Assembly: GCF_009914755.1 (NCBI RefSeq)
Contig: NC_060935.1
Origin: the human T2T-CHM13v2.0 reference genome, Homo sapiens
Reading direction: 5' to 3' (one strand)
Length of the DNA: 64,000 nt
Shown: positions 1 through 40,259 of the stretch, piece after piece
Layout of the letters: every line of letters starts with the position of its first letter
Numbering within the stretch: position 1 is the stretch's first letter
Program-made: the position numbers and the translations under genes
Notes under the pieces: generated by a model
Seen by the model: the letters and a program-made list of their open reading frames with translations, nothing else
Databases searched by the model: none
What the model was told of the DNA's origin: nothing

Positions 1-2123
1 AAAAAAAAAAACCTTAAGCTGCATTTGTTACTGAAATGATTAATGCACTGATGGGTCCTGAATTCACCTTGAGAAAGACCCAAAGGCCAGTCAGGGGGTG
101 GGGGGAACTCAGCTAAATAGACCTAGTTACTGCCCTGCTAGGCCATGCTGTACTGTGAGCCCCTCCTCACTCTCTACCAACCCTAAACCCTGAGGACAGG
201 GGAGGAACCCACAGCTTCCTTCTCCTGCCAGCTGCAGATGGTTTGCCTTGCCTTTCCACCCCCTAATTGTCAACCACAAAAATGAGAAATTCCTCTTCTA
301 GCTCAGCCTTGAGTCCATTGCCAAATTTTCAGCACACCTGCCAGCAACTTGGGGGAATAAGCGAAGGTTTCCCTACAAGAGGGAAAGAAGGCAAAAACGG
401 CACAGCTATCTCCAAACACATCTGAGTTCATTTCAAAAGTGACCAAGGGAATCTCCGCACAAAAGTGCAGATTGAGGAATTGTGATGGGTCATTCCCAAG
501 AATCCCCCAAGGGGCATCCCAAATCCCTGAGGAGTAACAGCTGCAAACCTGGTCAGTTCTCAGTGAGAGCCAGCTCACTTATAGCTTTGCTGCTAGAACC
601 TGTTGTGGCTGCATTTCCTGGTGGCCAGTGACAACTGTGTAACCAGAATAGCTGCATGGCGCTGACCCTTTGGCCGGAACTTGGTCTCTTGGCTCCCTCC
701 TTGGCCACCCACCACCTCTCGCACAGCCCCTCTGTTTTTACACCAATAACAAGAATTAAGGGGGAAGCCCTGGCAGCTATACGTTTTCAACCAGACTCCT
801 TTGCCGGGACCCAGCCCGCCACCCTGCTCGCCTCCGTCAAACCCCCGGCCAATGCAGTGAGCACCATGTAGCTCCCTTGATTTAAAAAAAATAAAAAATA
901 AAAAAAAAAGGAAAAAAAAATACAACACACACACAAAAATAAAAAAAATATTCTAATGAATGTATCTTTCTAAAGGACTGACGTTCAATCAAATATCTGA
1001 AAATACTAAAGGTCAAAACCTTGTCAGATGTTAACTTCTAAGTTCGGTTTGGGATTTTTTTTTTTTAATAGAAATCAAGTTGTTTTTGTTTTTAAGGAAA
1101 AGCGGGTCATTGCAAAGGGCTGGGTGTAATTTTATGTTTCATTTCCTTCATTTTAAAGCAATACAAGGTTATGGAGCAGATGGTTTTGTGCCGAATCATG
1201 AATACTAGTCAAGTCACACACTCTGGAAACTTGCAACTTTTTGTTTGTTTTGGTTTTCAAATAAATATAAATATGATATATATAGGAACTAATATAGTAA
1301 TGCACCATGTAACAAAGCCTAGTTCAGTCCATGGCTTTTAATTCTCTTAACACTATAGATAAGGATTGTGTTACAGTTGCTAGTAGCGGCAGGAAGATGT
1401 CAGGCTCACTTTCCTCTGATTCCCGAAATGGGGGGAACCTCTAACCATAAAGGAATGGTAGAACAGTCCATTCCTCGGATCAGAGAAAAATGCAGACATG
1501 GTGTCACCTGGATTTTTTTCTGCCCATGAATGTTGCCAGTCAGTACCTGTCCTCCTTGTTTCTCTATTTTTGGTTATGAATGTTGGGGTTACCACCTGCA
1601 TTTAGGGGAAAATTGTGTTCTGTGCTTTCCTGGTATCTTGTTCCGAGGTACTCTAGTTCTGTCTTTCAACCAAGAAAATAGAATTGTGGTGTTTCTTTTA
1701 TTGAACTTTTAACAGTCTCTTTAGTAAATACAGGTAGTTGAATAATTGTTTCAAGAGCTCAACAGATGACAAGCTTCTTTTCTAGAAATAAGACATTTTT
1801 TGACAACTTTATCATGTATAACAGATCTGTTTTTTTTCCTTGTGTTCTTCCAAGCTTCTGGTTAGAGAAAAAGAGAAAAAAAAAAAAGGAAAATGTGTCT
1901 AAAGTCCATCAGTGTTAACTCCCTGTGACAGGGATGAAGGAAAATACTTTAATAGTTCAAAAAATAATAATGCTGAAAGCTCTCTACGAAAGACTGAATG
2001 TAAAAGTAAAAAGTGTACATAGTTGTAAAAAAAAGGAGTTTTTAAACATGTTTATTTTCTATGCACTTTTTTTTATTTAAGTGATAGTTTAATTAATAAA
2101 CATGTCAAGTTTATTGCTGCACA
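1..2123 (+). other. KMT2A: Distal part of the KMT2A (MLL1) 3' UTR / last exon
   Basis: Repeat-free, AU-rich non-coding stretch ending in AATAAA at 2095-2100 with a T/GT-rich downstream region. Identity comes from its position just upstream of TTC36 (known gene order); no KMT2A coding sequence is in the window. Cleavage site is approximate. Confidence 0.85.
2095..2100 (+). terminator. KMT2A: KMT2A polyadenylation signal AATAAA
   Basis: aattAATAAAcatgtcaagtttattgctgcaca, with upstream TGTA motifs and a downstream T-rich element (cttcctttttggctttggtt). Confidence 0.8.
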
Positions 2124-2349
2124 TGGTTAAGCTTCCTTTTGGCTTTGGTTGGAGAGGGTGGAGAAAAGCGGGAGGGGCATGGCCTGTGACCTGGTCACAA
2201 AGTACCTTCCACAGTCCTTTACTTTAAGGTGGCATCACTAAATTATTCCCTGTAGCCCACCTTCAGGTCCACTCCACACTGGCTCTCTTGACTATTTTCT
2301 TCCTTTATTCATCAGTGATGTATGTTCAGGACCTAATTAATTGTGGATA

Positions 2350-2783
2350 TGAGGCAGGGTCAAGAGGACAAAGGAACAGGGCCTTTACCTTCTACATAGC
2401 TCCCCTGTTTCATCCAAGGAGGTTAAGTATTGATTTTTATCGGTTTTCTCAACTGTGAATATAATAAACTGAAAGCATTTCAGGGAGAAGCTGGAGAACA
2501 CCTTCTCTAGCTGCACTCCACCTTAAGGCTGAAGCTGGATTTGTTTACTGTTTCTCCTGGGGGCAGGGGCAGTTGAGAAATAACCAAGTAGTCTGCCAAG
2601 CCAGGGTCAACCCTCCAGGCCACAGGTTGAGCAAATGCTACAGCCATGGACAGGGAGACACTCCTCACGAAGGGGTGGTCCTCATCCTTTCAGATCAACT
2701 TCCTGCTGGAGGCTCCACCCTCACCACGTCCCTCCCTCTTCTCTCATCTGGAGTCACCTTTTGGGATTTTGGAGTTGAGCACC
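2350..2783 (+). promoter_or_regulatory. TTC36: TTC36 non-CpG promoter with liver/kidney-type factor motifs
   Basis: HNF1-like GTTAAGTATTGAT 2422-2434 overlapping ONECUT-type TATTGATT 2428-2435; FOXA core TGTTTAC 2542-2548; C/EBP-like TTGAGAAAT 2573-2581. Motif matches by eye only. Confidence 0.5.
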
Positions 2784-5700
2784 ATGGGGACTCCAAATGA
2801 TCAGGCAGTGCTGCAGGCCATCTTCAACCCTGACACCCCATTTGGAGACATTGTTGGATTGGACCTCGGAGAGGAAGCAGAAAAGGAAGAACGAGAAGAA
2901 GGTGGGCATTTGATCTGGAGTGTAGCTCTGCACATAGGCTGGCCTGCTGGCCTCCCGAGGTAGCAGAGAGGGAGGTGGTTTTATAAGGCCCCTTGTTCCA
3001 TGATTATGATTGAGATTGGAATCAGAGAGGTTGGCTGCTCCTTAGCGCACTGATGGGGGTTTGGTAAGAGATGTCCTGCCAAGAGGAGTAAGCTGGGGTT
3101 TGTCTCTCGATCCATCAGCTCTCATGCCTCTGAACTTACCACTTAATTGACTGTATGATCCAAGCTTAACTGCCAGGTGATGTTAAACTCTCACATTTTT
3201 GTCATAACAGAGAATACCACCACCAGAACAGAAGACTGAAATAAGGCAGGGCATGGTTGCTCAGTTGAGTGGTTCCAATATAGCAAGCACAACCAGTAAC
3301 CGTTAAACACTGTCACAAGCCAAGCTCCAAACTAACTCTTCCGCAGTGAGTGCGTTCACTGGCTTTTCCATTAATCCCTAATGAAGGAGTTTTTGATCCT
3401 TTGTTTCTAGAGGAGTAAAGCCTACACCTTACTAACTCAGGCCGAAACACAGAGGGATACGTCAGAAGTGATGTTCATGATCTGGGAATGTCATGGTGGC
3501 CTTTGCATAAGAGGCGGTGTAGTAGAGTAAAATGCAGACAGGAGCCAGAATGACCTGGGTTCAAATCCAAGCTCTGCAACGTATGGCCTGTTGAGGCCAT
3601 ACACAAAGAACTTGAGCAACTTCTTTAACAGATTGAGGAGTCTGGGCTTCATTCTCTTGGCAATGGGGAACCAACCAAGGCCCCTTCCCAGGTCTCTTGG
3701 AACTCAGGCAATGCTAGCTCCCAGCCTTAGTGACCTCATCTCCCCCTACCCCAAACACTGCAACTGACCCCTGCTGTGACCCATACCCAGTCAGCTCTGG
3801 CTCAGATCTCAGAATTCCAAAGCCTGAGGTGGCTTTTTCTTCTTGCTACCAACTGCACACCTGGCTTCTCCTGGCTCCTTCCCTGGCCCAGATGAAGTTT
3901 TCCCTCAAGCACAGCTGGAACAGTCCAAGGCCCTGGAGCTGCAGGGGGTGATGGCAGCAGAGGCTGGGGACCTCAGCACAGCCCTGGAGAGGTTTGGCCA
4001 AGCCATCTGCCTGCTGCCTGAGAGGGCTTCAGCCTACAACAACCGTGCCCAGGCCCGGCGACTCCAGGGAGACGTGGCAGGTAAGGGGAGATGCCCTGTA
4101 TCCTCTGCAAAAGGGCCCACGGGAGGGCACAGACCAGAACTGAAGTGGCTGTGCGGCTGGGGTGGCCTTGCTAAACCCCTGTGGAGCCTGTCTTCTTACC
4201 TATAAGGTAGGAGTAGTATCAGGGGACCTGCTAATATCATGGGGTTAATGTGAAATTCAGAAGAGACTGCATTCCATTGATTAAGGAACAGTTAATGAGA
4301 GCCTACTATGTGGCAGTAGGCTGGTGCTGAGGACACTGAGATAAAAGGTATATGGATCACCAACATTTATATAGCAGTCACTATGTACCAGGCATTAATC
4401 ACTTTACATACAAACTAGTAAATCAATCCTCACAACAACCCTAAAAAGTATGTACTATTGTTATCCCCAGTTTATAGATGAAGAAACTGAAGCATGAAGA
4501 GGCTAAGTAACTTGCCCACTATCATACAGTCAGGCAGCAGCAGAGCTGGGATGTCAACCAGGTGGTAGGGCTCGAGTGTGTGCTCTTAATCCCCACATGA
4601 TACTGCTCCTCGAAAAGCTCCCAGTCCAGGAGGCAGGGCAGACACATAATTCTGAGACCAGCAAAACAAGTTCGAGAGGGGTCAGCGTGGGACCTGTTCC
4701 TGAAGGGCGAGTTTTGAAGGATGAGTGGGAGTTAGTTGGTGGGTGGAGAAGGTACAGTCTGTAGAGGTCCAAAACTCCTGCTGCATTCAGGTTATTCTAA
4801 TTAAGTGAAGACAATGGGACCATGCTGGGGACCAAAGATGAGGCTAATGTGAAGGTATAAACCACGGAAACCTAGTACTACTTGACTGTTAGGAGCAGTG
4901 GTGACACAGGTGCTCCCAGAACCAGCAATGCCAGGCTAGGGAGTTTTGAGTCCACTCCAGGAACAATGGGAACCTCCCAGGAGCCCCTTATCCAGGCTTA
5001 TCTGCCCCAGATCACTGGAGACAGCCTGCAGACCAAAACCCCAGAGAGATGCAGTGGTGATTCCAACTGGAGATTCCTCCAGACCAGCTCCTCCGAGGGA
5101 AACCAAGGAGTACTGCATTCTGAGCGCTTCTCCGGAGGCTCAGGCTCTTTGGGGGACTAGAGAACATGAGTGAATTGAAGCAGAGCCCGAAAGAAGCCAG
5201 CCTGGTGGACTTTAAGAAGGTGGCTGGCTGCCTGAAGTTCTGAGTTCAGAGTTCTGAGGCCCAACCCAAGTATTTTATGAGAATAATAACAATAAAAATG
5301 GTGCAGGCCAGCTCTGGCTCCAGGACCAAGGAAATTAGATACATGGAGATAACCAAAGAATGATGAAAGGCAATCAGTCCAGGATACAGGGGAGAGAGAA
5401 GGTGTTCTAAAGAAAGCAATGGAAAAGAGAAAACGGCCCTCAAAAGGAAAACAATGAGAAACTGTCTTGATTGTACTTGTAAGAAATGATTGTGCGGTTA
5501 ATATTATTTTTTGAACCCTGACATTCAGAGTCAGTCACCTGGCACATAGTGGATGCTTAATAACAGGTGTGGAATAAATTGGCTGCTACTTGCCCGGGCA
5601 GTGGGCCAGACTCATAAACATAGTGGCCATTCAGAATCCTGCAACGTTCATGTTTTCGTGTATTAGCGGTGGAAAATAATAGGAACAAGGCGAGACCTGG

Positions 5701-6205
5701 ACTTCAGTCCCAGCTCTGCCACTAAGTGGCTTGGCTGTAGAGCTTAACTCTTCCACAGTCTTCATCTGTGTAATGGGAATAACGATCCGTACCTCTAGCA
5801 GGTGCGAGGCGGGTTGTAAATGGCCACGCCCGGGAGCCGCAAGAACCACGGTGATCCGCGCGGCCGCAGGTGGGCTGGGGCTCGGGCAAGGCCGCCCTGG
5901 CCTCCGCTGACCCCCGCCCCGCCCGTCTCGTCGGTCCCGCAGGCGCCCTGGAGGATCTGGAACGCGCGGTGGAGCTGAGCGGCGGCCGGGGCCGCGCCGC
6001 CCGCCAGAGCTTTGTGCAGCGCGGACTCCTGGCGCGGCTGCAGGGCCGAGACGACGACGCCCGCAGGGACTTCGAGAGGGCGGCACGGCTGGGCAGCCCC
6101 TTCGCGCGGCGCCAGCTGGTGCTGCTCAACCCCTACGCCGCGCTGTGCAACCGCATGCTGGCCGACATGATGGGGCAGCTGCGCCGCCCCCGTGACAGCC
6201 GCTGA
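2784..6205 (+). CDS. TTC36: Tetratricopeptide repeat protein 36, 189 aa; exons 2784-2901, 3892-4080, 5943-6205
   Basis: accATGG start; GT-AG junctions give 118+189+263=570 nt, [16 protein letters not shown]...[32 protein letters not shown]...QLRRPRDSR*, with TPR-like helices. Confidence 0.97.
4370..4600. mobile_element. MIR relic in TTC36 intron 2 (further MIR pieces near 5690-5780, 7850-8050, 43120-43300, 44870-45105)
   Basis: MIR core 'atcctcacaacaaccct...atagatgaagaaactgaagc...agaggctaagtaacttgccc'. Confidence 0.7.
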
Positions 6206-6258
6206 GCGCCGCGGACCCGGGCGTCCGCGGGCGAGGGGACGGGACTGGGCCCTGAACC

Positions 6259-6264
6259 AATAAA
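6259..6264 (+). terminator. TTC36: TTC36 polyadenylation signal
   Basis: AATAAA 54 nt after the TGA, the only one before TMEM25 exon 1. Confidence 0.8.
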
Positions 6265-6279
6265 GCCGTCGGGCCTCAC

Positions 6280-6385
6280 CGACTCCGCCTGCTCCTGCGT
6301 CCTGCCCGCGCCCGGAGAGAAGGGCACTCGGGGGTACTCGGCGCGGGCTGGGGACCAGCCGGGGGGTGGTGAGCCGCGGCCGCCC
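6280..6385 (-). ncRNA. Probable first exon of a divergent antisense lncRNA (TTC36-AS1 type) from the TMEM25 CpG island
   Basis: Minus-strand donor TCG|GTGAGG at 6280/6279 and bidirectional-promoter architecture; I recall an annotated antisense RNA at this locus. The 5' boundary is a guess. Confidence 0.35.
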
Positions 6386-7071
6386 ACCTGCCGGGTAAGG
6401 GCCCCTCGGGCCCGTGGTCGGGCATCGATTGGCCCCGCCTGGCGCAGCCCCCGCCCCTGCAGCGGACTGCGGTGCTCATCAGACCTGAGCAGTTGCTCCG
6501 GCGGCGCTCGGGGAGGGAGCCAGGTGAGCCGCCCCGGTGGCGGGGGGCGGGGGCGGGATGCTCGGCGACCCCACCCTCCGACCCTCTCCTCTTCCGCCGA
6601 CATCCACCGGAGCCACCAACATCAGGAAAGGGGGCGTAGGGCGAGGGATGGGAGAGAGAACAGGGCAGGAGAGAGGATGGGAACAGGGCAGGAGAGAGAA
6701 TAGGATTAGGAGAAAGGCGATCCCTTTGGGGGAGGGGCGCGTGGAGTATGTGTGTGAGTGTGCGTGTGTGCAAGGTGTGGTTGCACGGATGCTCGTTGCT
6801 TCTGCGTATCTGCGGGTGTGTGCCTCTTTGTATTGTAGCCTGGAGTCAGTGCTCGCTTCTGCGCCTGCAGGATGTCCATGTGTCTGCTGGGTGGGTCTGT
6901 GCCTTTGGGCTTTGCCGTTCGTGTCCGTGCCTTCGCCACTGGGGGCTGGTCTACATTTGCGTTTCCGTACATGGTTCTTTTTGTTTCTGGAGAGTAAATT
7001 CCTGGAGCAATTGCTAGGCCTGCCTGCTGTCACCTGGCTGACAGGCCCGCCCCCTTCTCTCAGCAGCCTAG

Positions 7072-9869
<2,798 letters not shown>

Positions 9870-11098
9870 GCCGAGGGCGAGACAGGAGTATTCTCTTGGC
9901 CTCTGGACACCCTCCCATTCCTCCAAGGCATCCTCTACCTAGCTAGGTCACCAACGTGAAGAAGTTATGCCACTGCCACTTTTGCTTGCCCTCCTGGCTG
10001 GGGTGCCCTCCATGTCATGCACGTGATGCATTTCACTGGGCTGTAACCCGCAGGGGCACAGGTATCTTTGGCAAGGCTACCAGTTGGACGTAAGCCCCTC
10101 ATGCTGACTCAGGGTGGGCCCTGCATGTGATGACTGGGCCCTTCCAGAGGGAGCTCTTTGGCCAGGGGTGTTCAGATGTCATCCAGCATCCAAGTGTGGC
10201 ATGGCCTGCTGTATACCCCACCCCAGTACTCCACAGCACCTTGTACAGTAGGCATGGGGGCGTGCCTGTGTGGGGGACAGGGAGGGCCCTGCATGGATTT
10301 TCCTCCTTCCTATGCTATGTAGCCTTGTTCCCTCAGGTAAAATTTAGGACCCTGCTAGCTGTGCAGAACCCAATTGCCCTTTGCACAGAAACCAACCCCT
10401 GACCCAGCGGTACCGGCCAAGCACAAACGTCCTTTTTGCTGCACACGTCTCTGCCCTTCACTTCTTCTCTTCTGTCCCCACCTCCTCTTGGGAATTCTAG
10501 GTTACACGTTGGACCTTCTCTACTACTTCACTGGGCACTAGACTTTTCTATTGGCCTGTGCCATCGCCCAGTATTAGCACAAGTTAGGGAGGAAGAGGCA
10601 GGCGATGAGTCTAGTAGCACCCAGGACGGCTTGTAGCTATGCATCATTTTCCTACGGCGTTAGCACTTTAAGCACATCCCCTAGGGGAGGGGGTGAGTGA
10701 GGGGCCCAGAGCCCTCTTTGTGGCTTCCCCACGTTTGGCCTTCTGGGATTCACTGTGAGTGTCCTGAGCTCTCGGGGTTGATGGTTTTTCTCTCAGCATG
10801 TCTCCTCCACCACGGGACCCCAGCCCTGACCAACCCATGGTTGCCTCATCAGCAGGAAGGTGCCCTTCCTGGAGGATGGTCGCCACAGGCACATAATTCA
10901 ACAGTGTGGAAGCTTTAGGGGAACATGGAGAAAGAAGGAGACCACATACCCCAAAGTGACCTAAGAACACTTTAAAAAGCAACATGTAAATGATTGGAAA
11001 TTAATATAGTACAGAATATATTTTTCCCTTGTTGAGATCTTCTTTTGTAATGTTTTTCATGTTACTGCCTAGGGCGGTGCTGAGCACACAGCAAGTTT

Positions 11099-11104
11099 AA
11101 TAAA
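11099..11104 (+). terminator. TMEM25: TMEM25 polyadenylation signal (3' UTR about 9870-11120)
   Basis: AATAAA followed by T/GT-rich sequence, then the start of the Alu-rich intergenic region. Confidence 0.8.
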
Positions 11105-11109
11105 CTTGA

Positions 11110-16790
<5,681 letters not shown>

Positions 16791-16805
16791 CTAACAAAAG
16801 AAGAA

Positions 16806-19470
<2,665 letters not shown>

Positions 19471-19829
19471 CCAAAATATTTACTGAATCTGTCCATCTCT
19501 ACTACTGCCACCCCAATCACCTCTCACCTGGATTACCGCAATAGCTACGCTCCCTGAGACCAGAACCAGACAGGTCTGGAGCCAGACAGCCTCAGGAAGG
19601 CGGCATTAACTGAAGAGAGACCCTTAGAAAAATTAAATTCCAGAGGAAAAATGATTCCCCTCGACTGCCAATCTTGGAGGATTGGGGTTTCATTTTATTT
19701 CACAAAATTTGTTTGCTTTAACTACTCTTCATTTAATGCCCATTACTAAGCAAAGTTCCTGTGTCTCTGCGTTATGCTCAGTCAGCCTTTTCTCTTTCAT
19801 ATTAAATAGCAGAATAATCTGACAATATA

Positions 19830-20210
19830 ATAGAGCATTTGATTTATAAAATCTTTACTCACTAACTTTACGAATGAAAGAAAACAATTCCATCCCTCTC
19901 ACAAAAAGGACATCTTTTAAGCTTTCCTCCCAATCTAACCTCCATGGGATCTCAGAAATTCCAATTCTTATAACTCAAATCCCCACAGTGGTGTAGATGC
20001 ATTAACTCCCCGGGGACAGCAATCTGAGGCAGGCAGGTTCATTAAACAAACATGTTCTGTGCCCTCTGGCAGAGAGGGCAGCAGGACATGCACTGCCCCT
20101 GAGCCAAGCTGTGGCATGGGCAAGGACATCAAGTAGCTGACAACGATCTGTCCATCTCAGCTGGGGCAGAGGGGCCAGCTCAGCCTTGAAACAGCAGCTT
20201 GGGAAGTGTC
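19830..20210 (-). terminator. IFT46: IFT46 3' UTR with variant poly(A) signal AGTAAA (19859-19854); a canonical AATAAA lies further downstream at 19699-19694
   Basis: Plus-strand tttact and tttatt motifs. Which one is used cannot be decided from sequence alone. Confidence 0.5.
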
Positions 20211-35125
<14,915 letters not shown>

Positions 35126-35407
35126 AGCCTTGTTAGGAAGATGGGCAGAACGAGGAAGTCCTTAGAAAAAAAGTTTTTCCTTTAGATTATTGTTAAAATG
35201 ATTTTTAAAAACAAGTATTTTTTAGTTTTTAATATTTTATGCTCTAACCATTTTATAAAACAAGGTTTATTGGAACATCTGGCTAAAGAGACAGGAGACT
35301 GAATTCTAGTCATGGCTCTGCCAGTTCAATTCAAGATATATTTACTAAACATTACTGTGCTTAAGGCATTGGGTTAGACATTATACTATTCAAATTATCT
35401 GCCATTA

Positions 35408-35539
<132 letters not shown>

Positions 35540-35729
35540 CTACAAAAAAAAAAAAAGAAAAAAAATTAGCTGGGTGTGATGCCGTGCGCCTGTGGTCCCA
35601 GCTACTCGGGAGGCTGACGCAGGAGGTCTGCTTAAACCCAGGAGTTCGAGGCTGCAGTGAGCAGTGTCCAGTGTTCATGCTGCTGCACTCCAGCCCGGGC
35701 AACAGAGTGAGAGCCTGTCAGAAACGGAA

Positions 35730-35793
35730 TGGGAGGGGAAGGGAGGGGAGGGGAGGGGAGGGGAGGGGAGGGGGAAAAGAAAAGAAAGAGAAA
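35730..35793 (+). repeat. (GGGGA)n / purine-only tract at an Alu tail
   Basis: gggaggggaagggaggggaggggaggggaggggaggggagggggaaaagaaaagaaagag. Confidence 0.9.
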
Positions 35794-35910
35794 AATATAC
35801 ACTCTGCCCTTAGTTTACACATTAGTCAAATTAGGTTAATAACTAGTAAAGTACAGAGTGCTGAATTCATACTAAGAGTGGGTTTGAAGAAAAATTACTT
35901 AAAATGATTT

Positions 35911-36941
<1,031 letters not shown>

Positions 36942-37233
36942 GATTTAACCTCTTTGAGTCTCAGTATTCCCACCTCTAAATGGGGTCACTAATATTTCTA
37001 ACCCAGGCCTCTTATAAGGATCAAGTGAAAAAATTTATGTGCAAGGAACTGACCCAGGGCCTGGCAAATAATAGTCACAAGTTTGAATCCGAATCAGTAT
37101 GCAAAGATAAGAGCAATTTTTAAATATTCTGAACAATTAAAAGGATAATTAATGACAGGCGCAGTGGCTCACACCTGTAATCCCAGCACTCTAAGAGGCG
37201 GAGGCAGGCAGATTGCTTGAGCCTAGGAGTTCA

Positions 37234-37734
<501 letters not shown>

Positions 37735-38198
37735 CTATAAATAAAAAATTAAATTAAAATAAAAGTATAATTAGATGTAAGGCATTAACTGGAATGAAAA
37801 CATGATAAATGATTTCTATATCAAATAAATGCAAATTAAACCCTTTTTTTATTTACTAAATTAGCCCAAATTAAAAACAAATTATAATATCCACAGCTGT
37901 CAAGAGCATAAACACGCTCAAGTCAAAAACCTAGGTGGCTAGGTCCCAAAGAATTGAAAACAGGGACTCAAATGGACACTTGTACACCTCTGTTCATAGC
38001 AGTGTTATTCACAATAGCCAAAATATGAAAACAACCCGAGTGTCCATTAACAAATGAATGAATTAAAAAACGTGGCATAGGCTTGGTGCGGTGGCTCACG
38101 CCTGTAATCCCAACACTTTGGGAGGCCGAGGTGGGTGGATCACAAGGTCAGGAGATCGAGGCCATCCGGGCCAACATGGTGAAACCCCGTCTCTACTA

Positions 38199-38402
<204 letters not shown>

Positions 38403-39351
38403 TCAGCCTTAAAAAGAAAGTCTACATTCAACAACACAGATGAACCTTAAGAACATCACAATAAGTGAAGTAAGTCAGCCACAAAAGGATAAATACAGTA
38501 TGATTTCACTTATGTGGTTCCCAGAATAAGCAAACTCATACAGACAGTAGAATAGTGGTTACCAGGGAGGAGTGGAAGCAAGCAATAGGGAACTATTGTT
38601 TTGAAGGGTATGGATTTTCTGTTCAGGATGATCTGGAAATAGTGGCGATGGTTAAACAACATTGTGAATGTACTTAATGTTATTTAATTGCACACTTAAA
38701 AATTGTTAAAATGGCAAATTTTATGTTATGTATATTTTACCACAATAAACAAACAGAAACCCTGGATGTCATCCTTGATTCCTAACTCGAGTCAAATCCA
38801 ATCCATCACCAAGTCTTAGTGATTCTGCGACAATGTCTTATACCGTATTTGCCTCTTTTCTTTATTCTCAGCTTCCTCACCAGAGGCCAAGCCACTATCA
38901 TCTCAACTCAGCCATCACAACAGTCCATTCCACACACGACAGCAACACAGCCTCCAAAGCTCTGCTTATTGTGCTTCCTGCCCTACCTCTCTGATCTGAC
39001 CATATCATACGGTAGTGTCCCCTCTACCATAAGCTGGTCTCTTTCAGGTCCTCAAACTAAGCCAAGTTCTTTCAGGCTTCAAGGTTTTTCACATCTCACA
39101 TACTGTTTCCTCTTCCTGGTCTACTTTTCCTCAGTGTCTGGATCCCTGCCATCTATCAGTCTTACATGTCACCCCTTTAGGTCTTCCCTGACCACCCTAT
39201 CAAAAGTGGGTTTCTGGCCAGGTACGGTGGCTCATACCTGTAATCCCAGCACTTTGGGAGGCCGAGGCAGGTGGATCAGTTGGGGTCAGGAGTTCGAGAC
39301 CAGCCTGGCCAACATGGTGAAACCCCGTCTCTACTAAAAATACTAAAATTA

Positions 39352-39594
<243 letters not shown>

Positions 39595-40259
39595 TTACTC
39601 ATTTGTCATCTGCCTCCCATGATTACCAGCATCGGGATGGCAGGGACATTGTGTCATTTAACACTATTTACCCAAGTGCCAGGCATAAGGCTGGCACACA
39701 GTAGGCATTTTAAAATGCTTGTTGGCCAGACACGATGGCTCACACCTATAATCCCAGCACTTTGGGAGGCCAAAGCGGAAGGACTGCTTGAGGCTAGGAG
39801 TTCAAGATCAGCCTTGGTAACATAGCGAGGCCTCGTCTCTATAAAATTAAGAAAAAAAAGTTTGTTGAATAAATAAATAGTGTTCAGTCCTTTAAAAACA
39901 TTCCACTGTGATTTTGGTTGGGGTTGCAGGCTAAGGGGAGGTTATGAAGCATCTTCAAAGCTAGGAAAAACATAAGTTAAAAAAAAAGAAAAGAAAAAGA
40001 AAAAGAACAGTGAATTCCTGGCAGACAGTGAGCAAAGCAGTAACATGAAGTAAATGGTGACAGGGTTGGATTGGGGGAAGATCCTGTAATTTGGAAGGCT
40101 ATGATTTCTCCCCCTTAACTAGTCAGAAAACAAACAATGGCAAGTGAAGTAAATTGACGCTGAAAGTCAACATTTGCTATTATAAAATAAGAACTTCTTG
40201 AAGACAACCGTGAATCCATCCTGCTCTTTCAGTAGCATTTCTCTTCTTTCCTCTCTTAC

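Larger units (their letters stand above)
5800..6610. promoter_or_regulatory. TMEM25: CpG island covering TTC36 exon 3 and the TMEM25 promoter / non-coding exon 1
   Basis: Dense CpG and high GC. CCAAT 6257-6261, reverse CCAAT (ATTGG) 6428-6432, GC boxes near 6433 and 6448; donors CAG|GTGAGC at 6523/6524 and CGG|GTAAGG at 6394/6395. Confidence 0.85.

Noticed and set aside
884-950. Several AATAAA hexamers in an A-rich tract of the KMT2A UTR
   Set aside because: Embedded in genomic A-runs; a proximal poly(A) site cannot be distinguished from chance or internal priming.
38819-39337. 172-aa ORF with a signal-peptide-like start
   Set aside because: Starts at GTG, lies in degenerate L2-like sequence and runs into an Alu.
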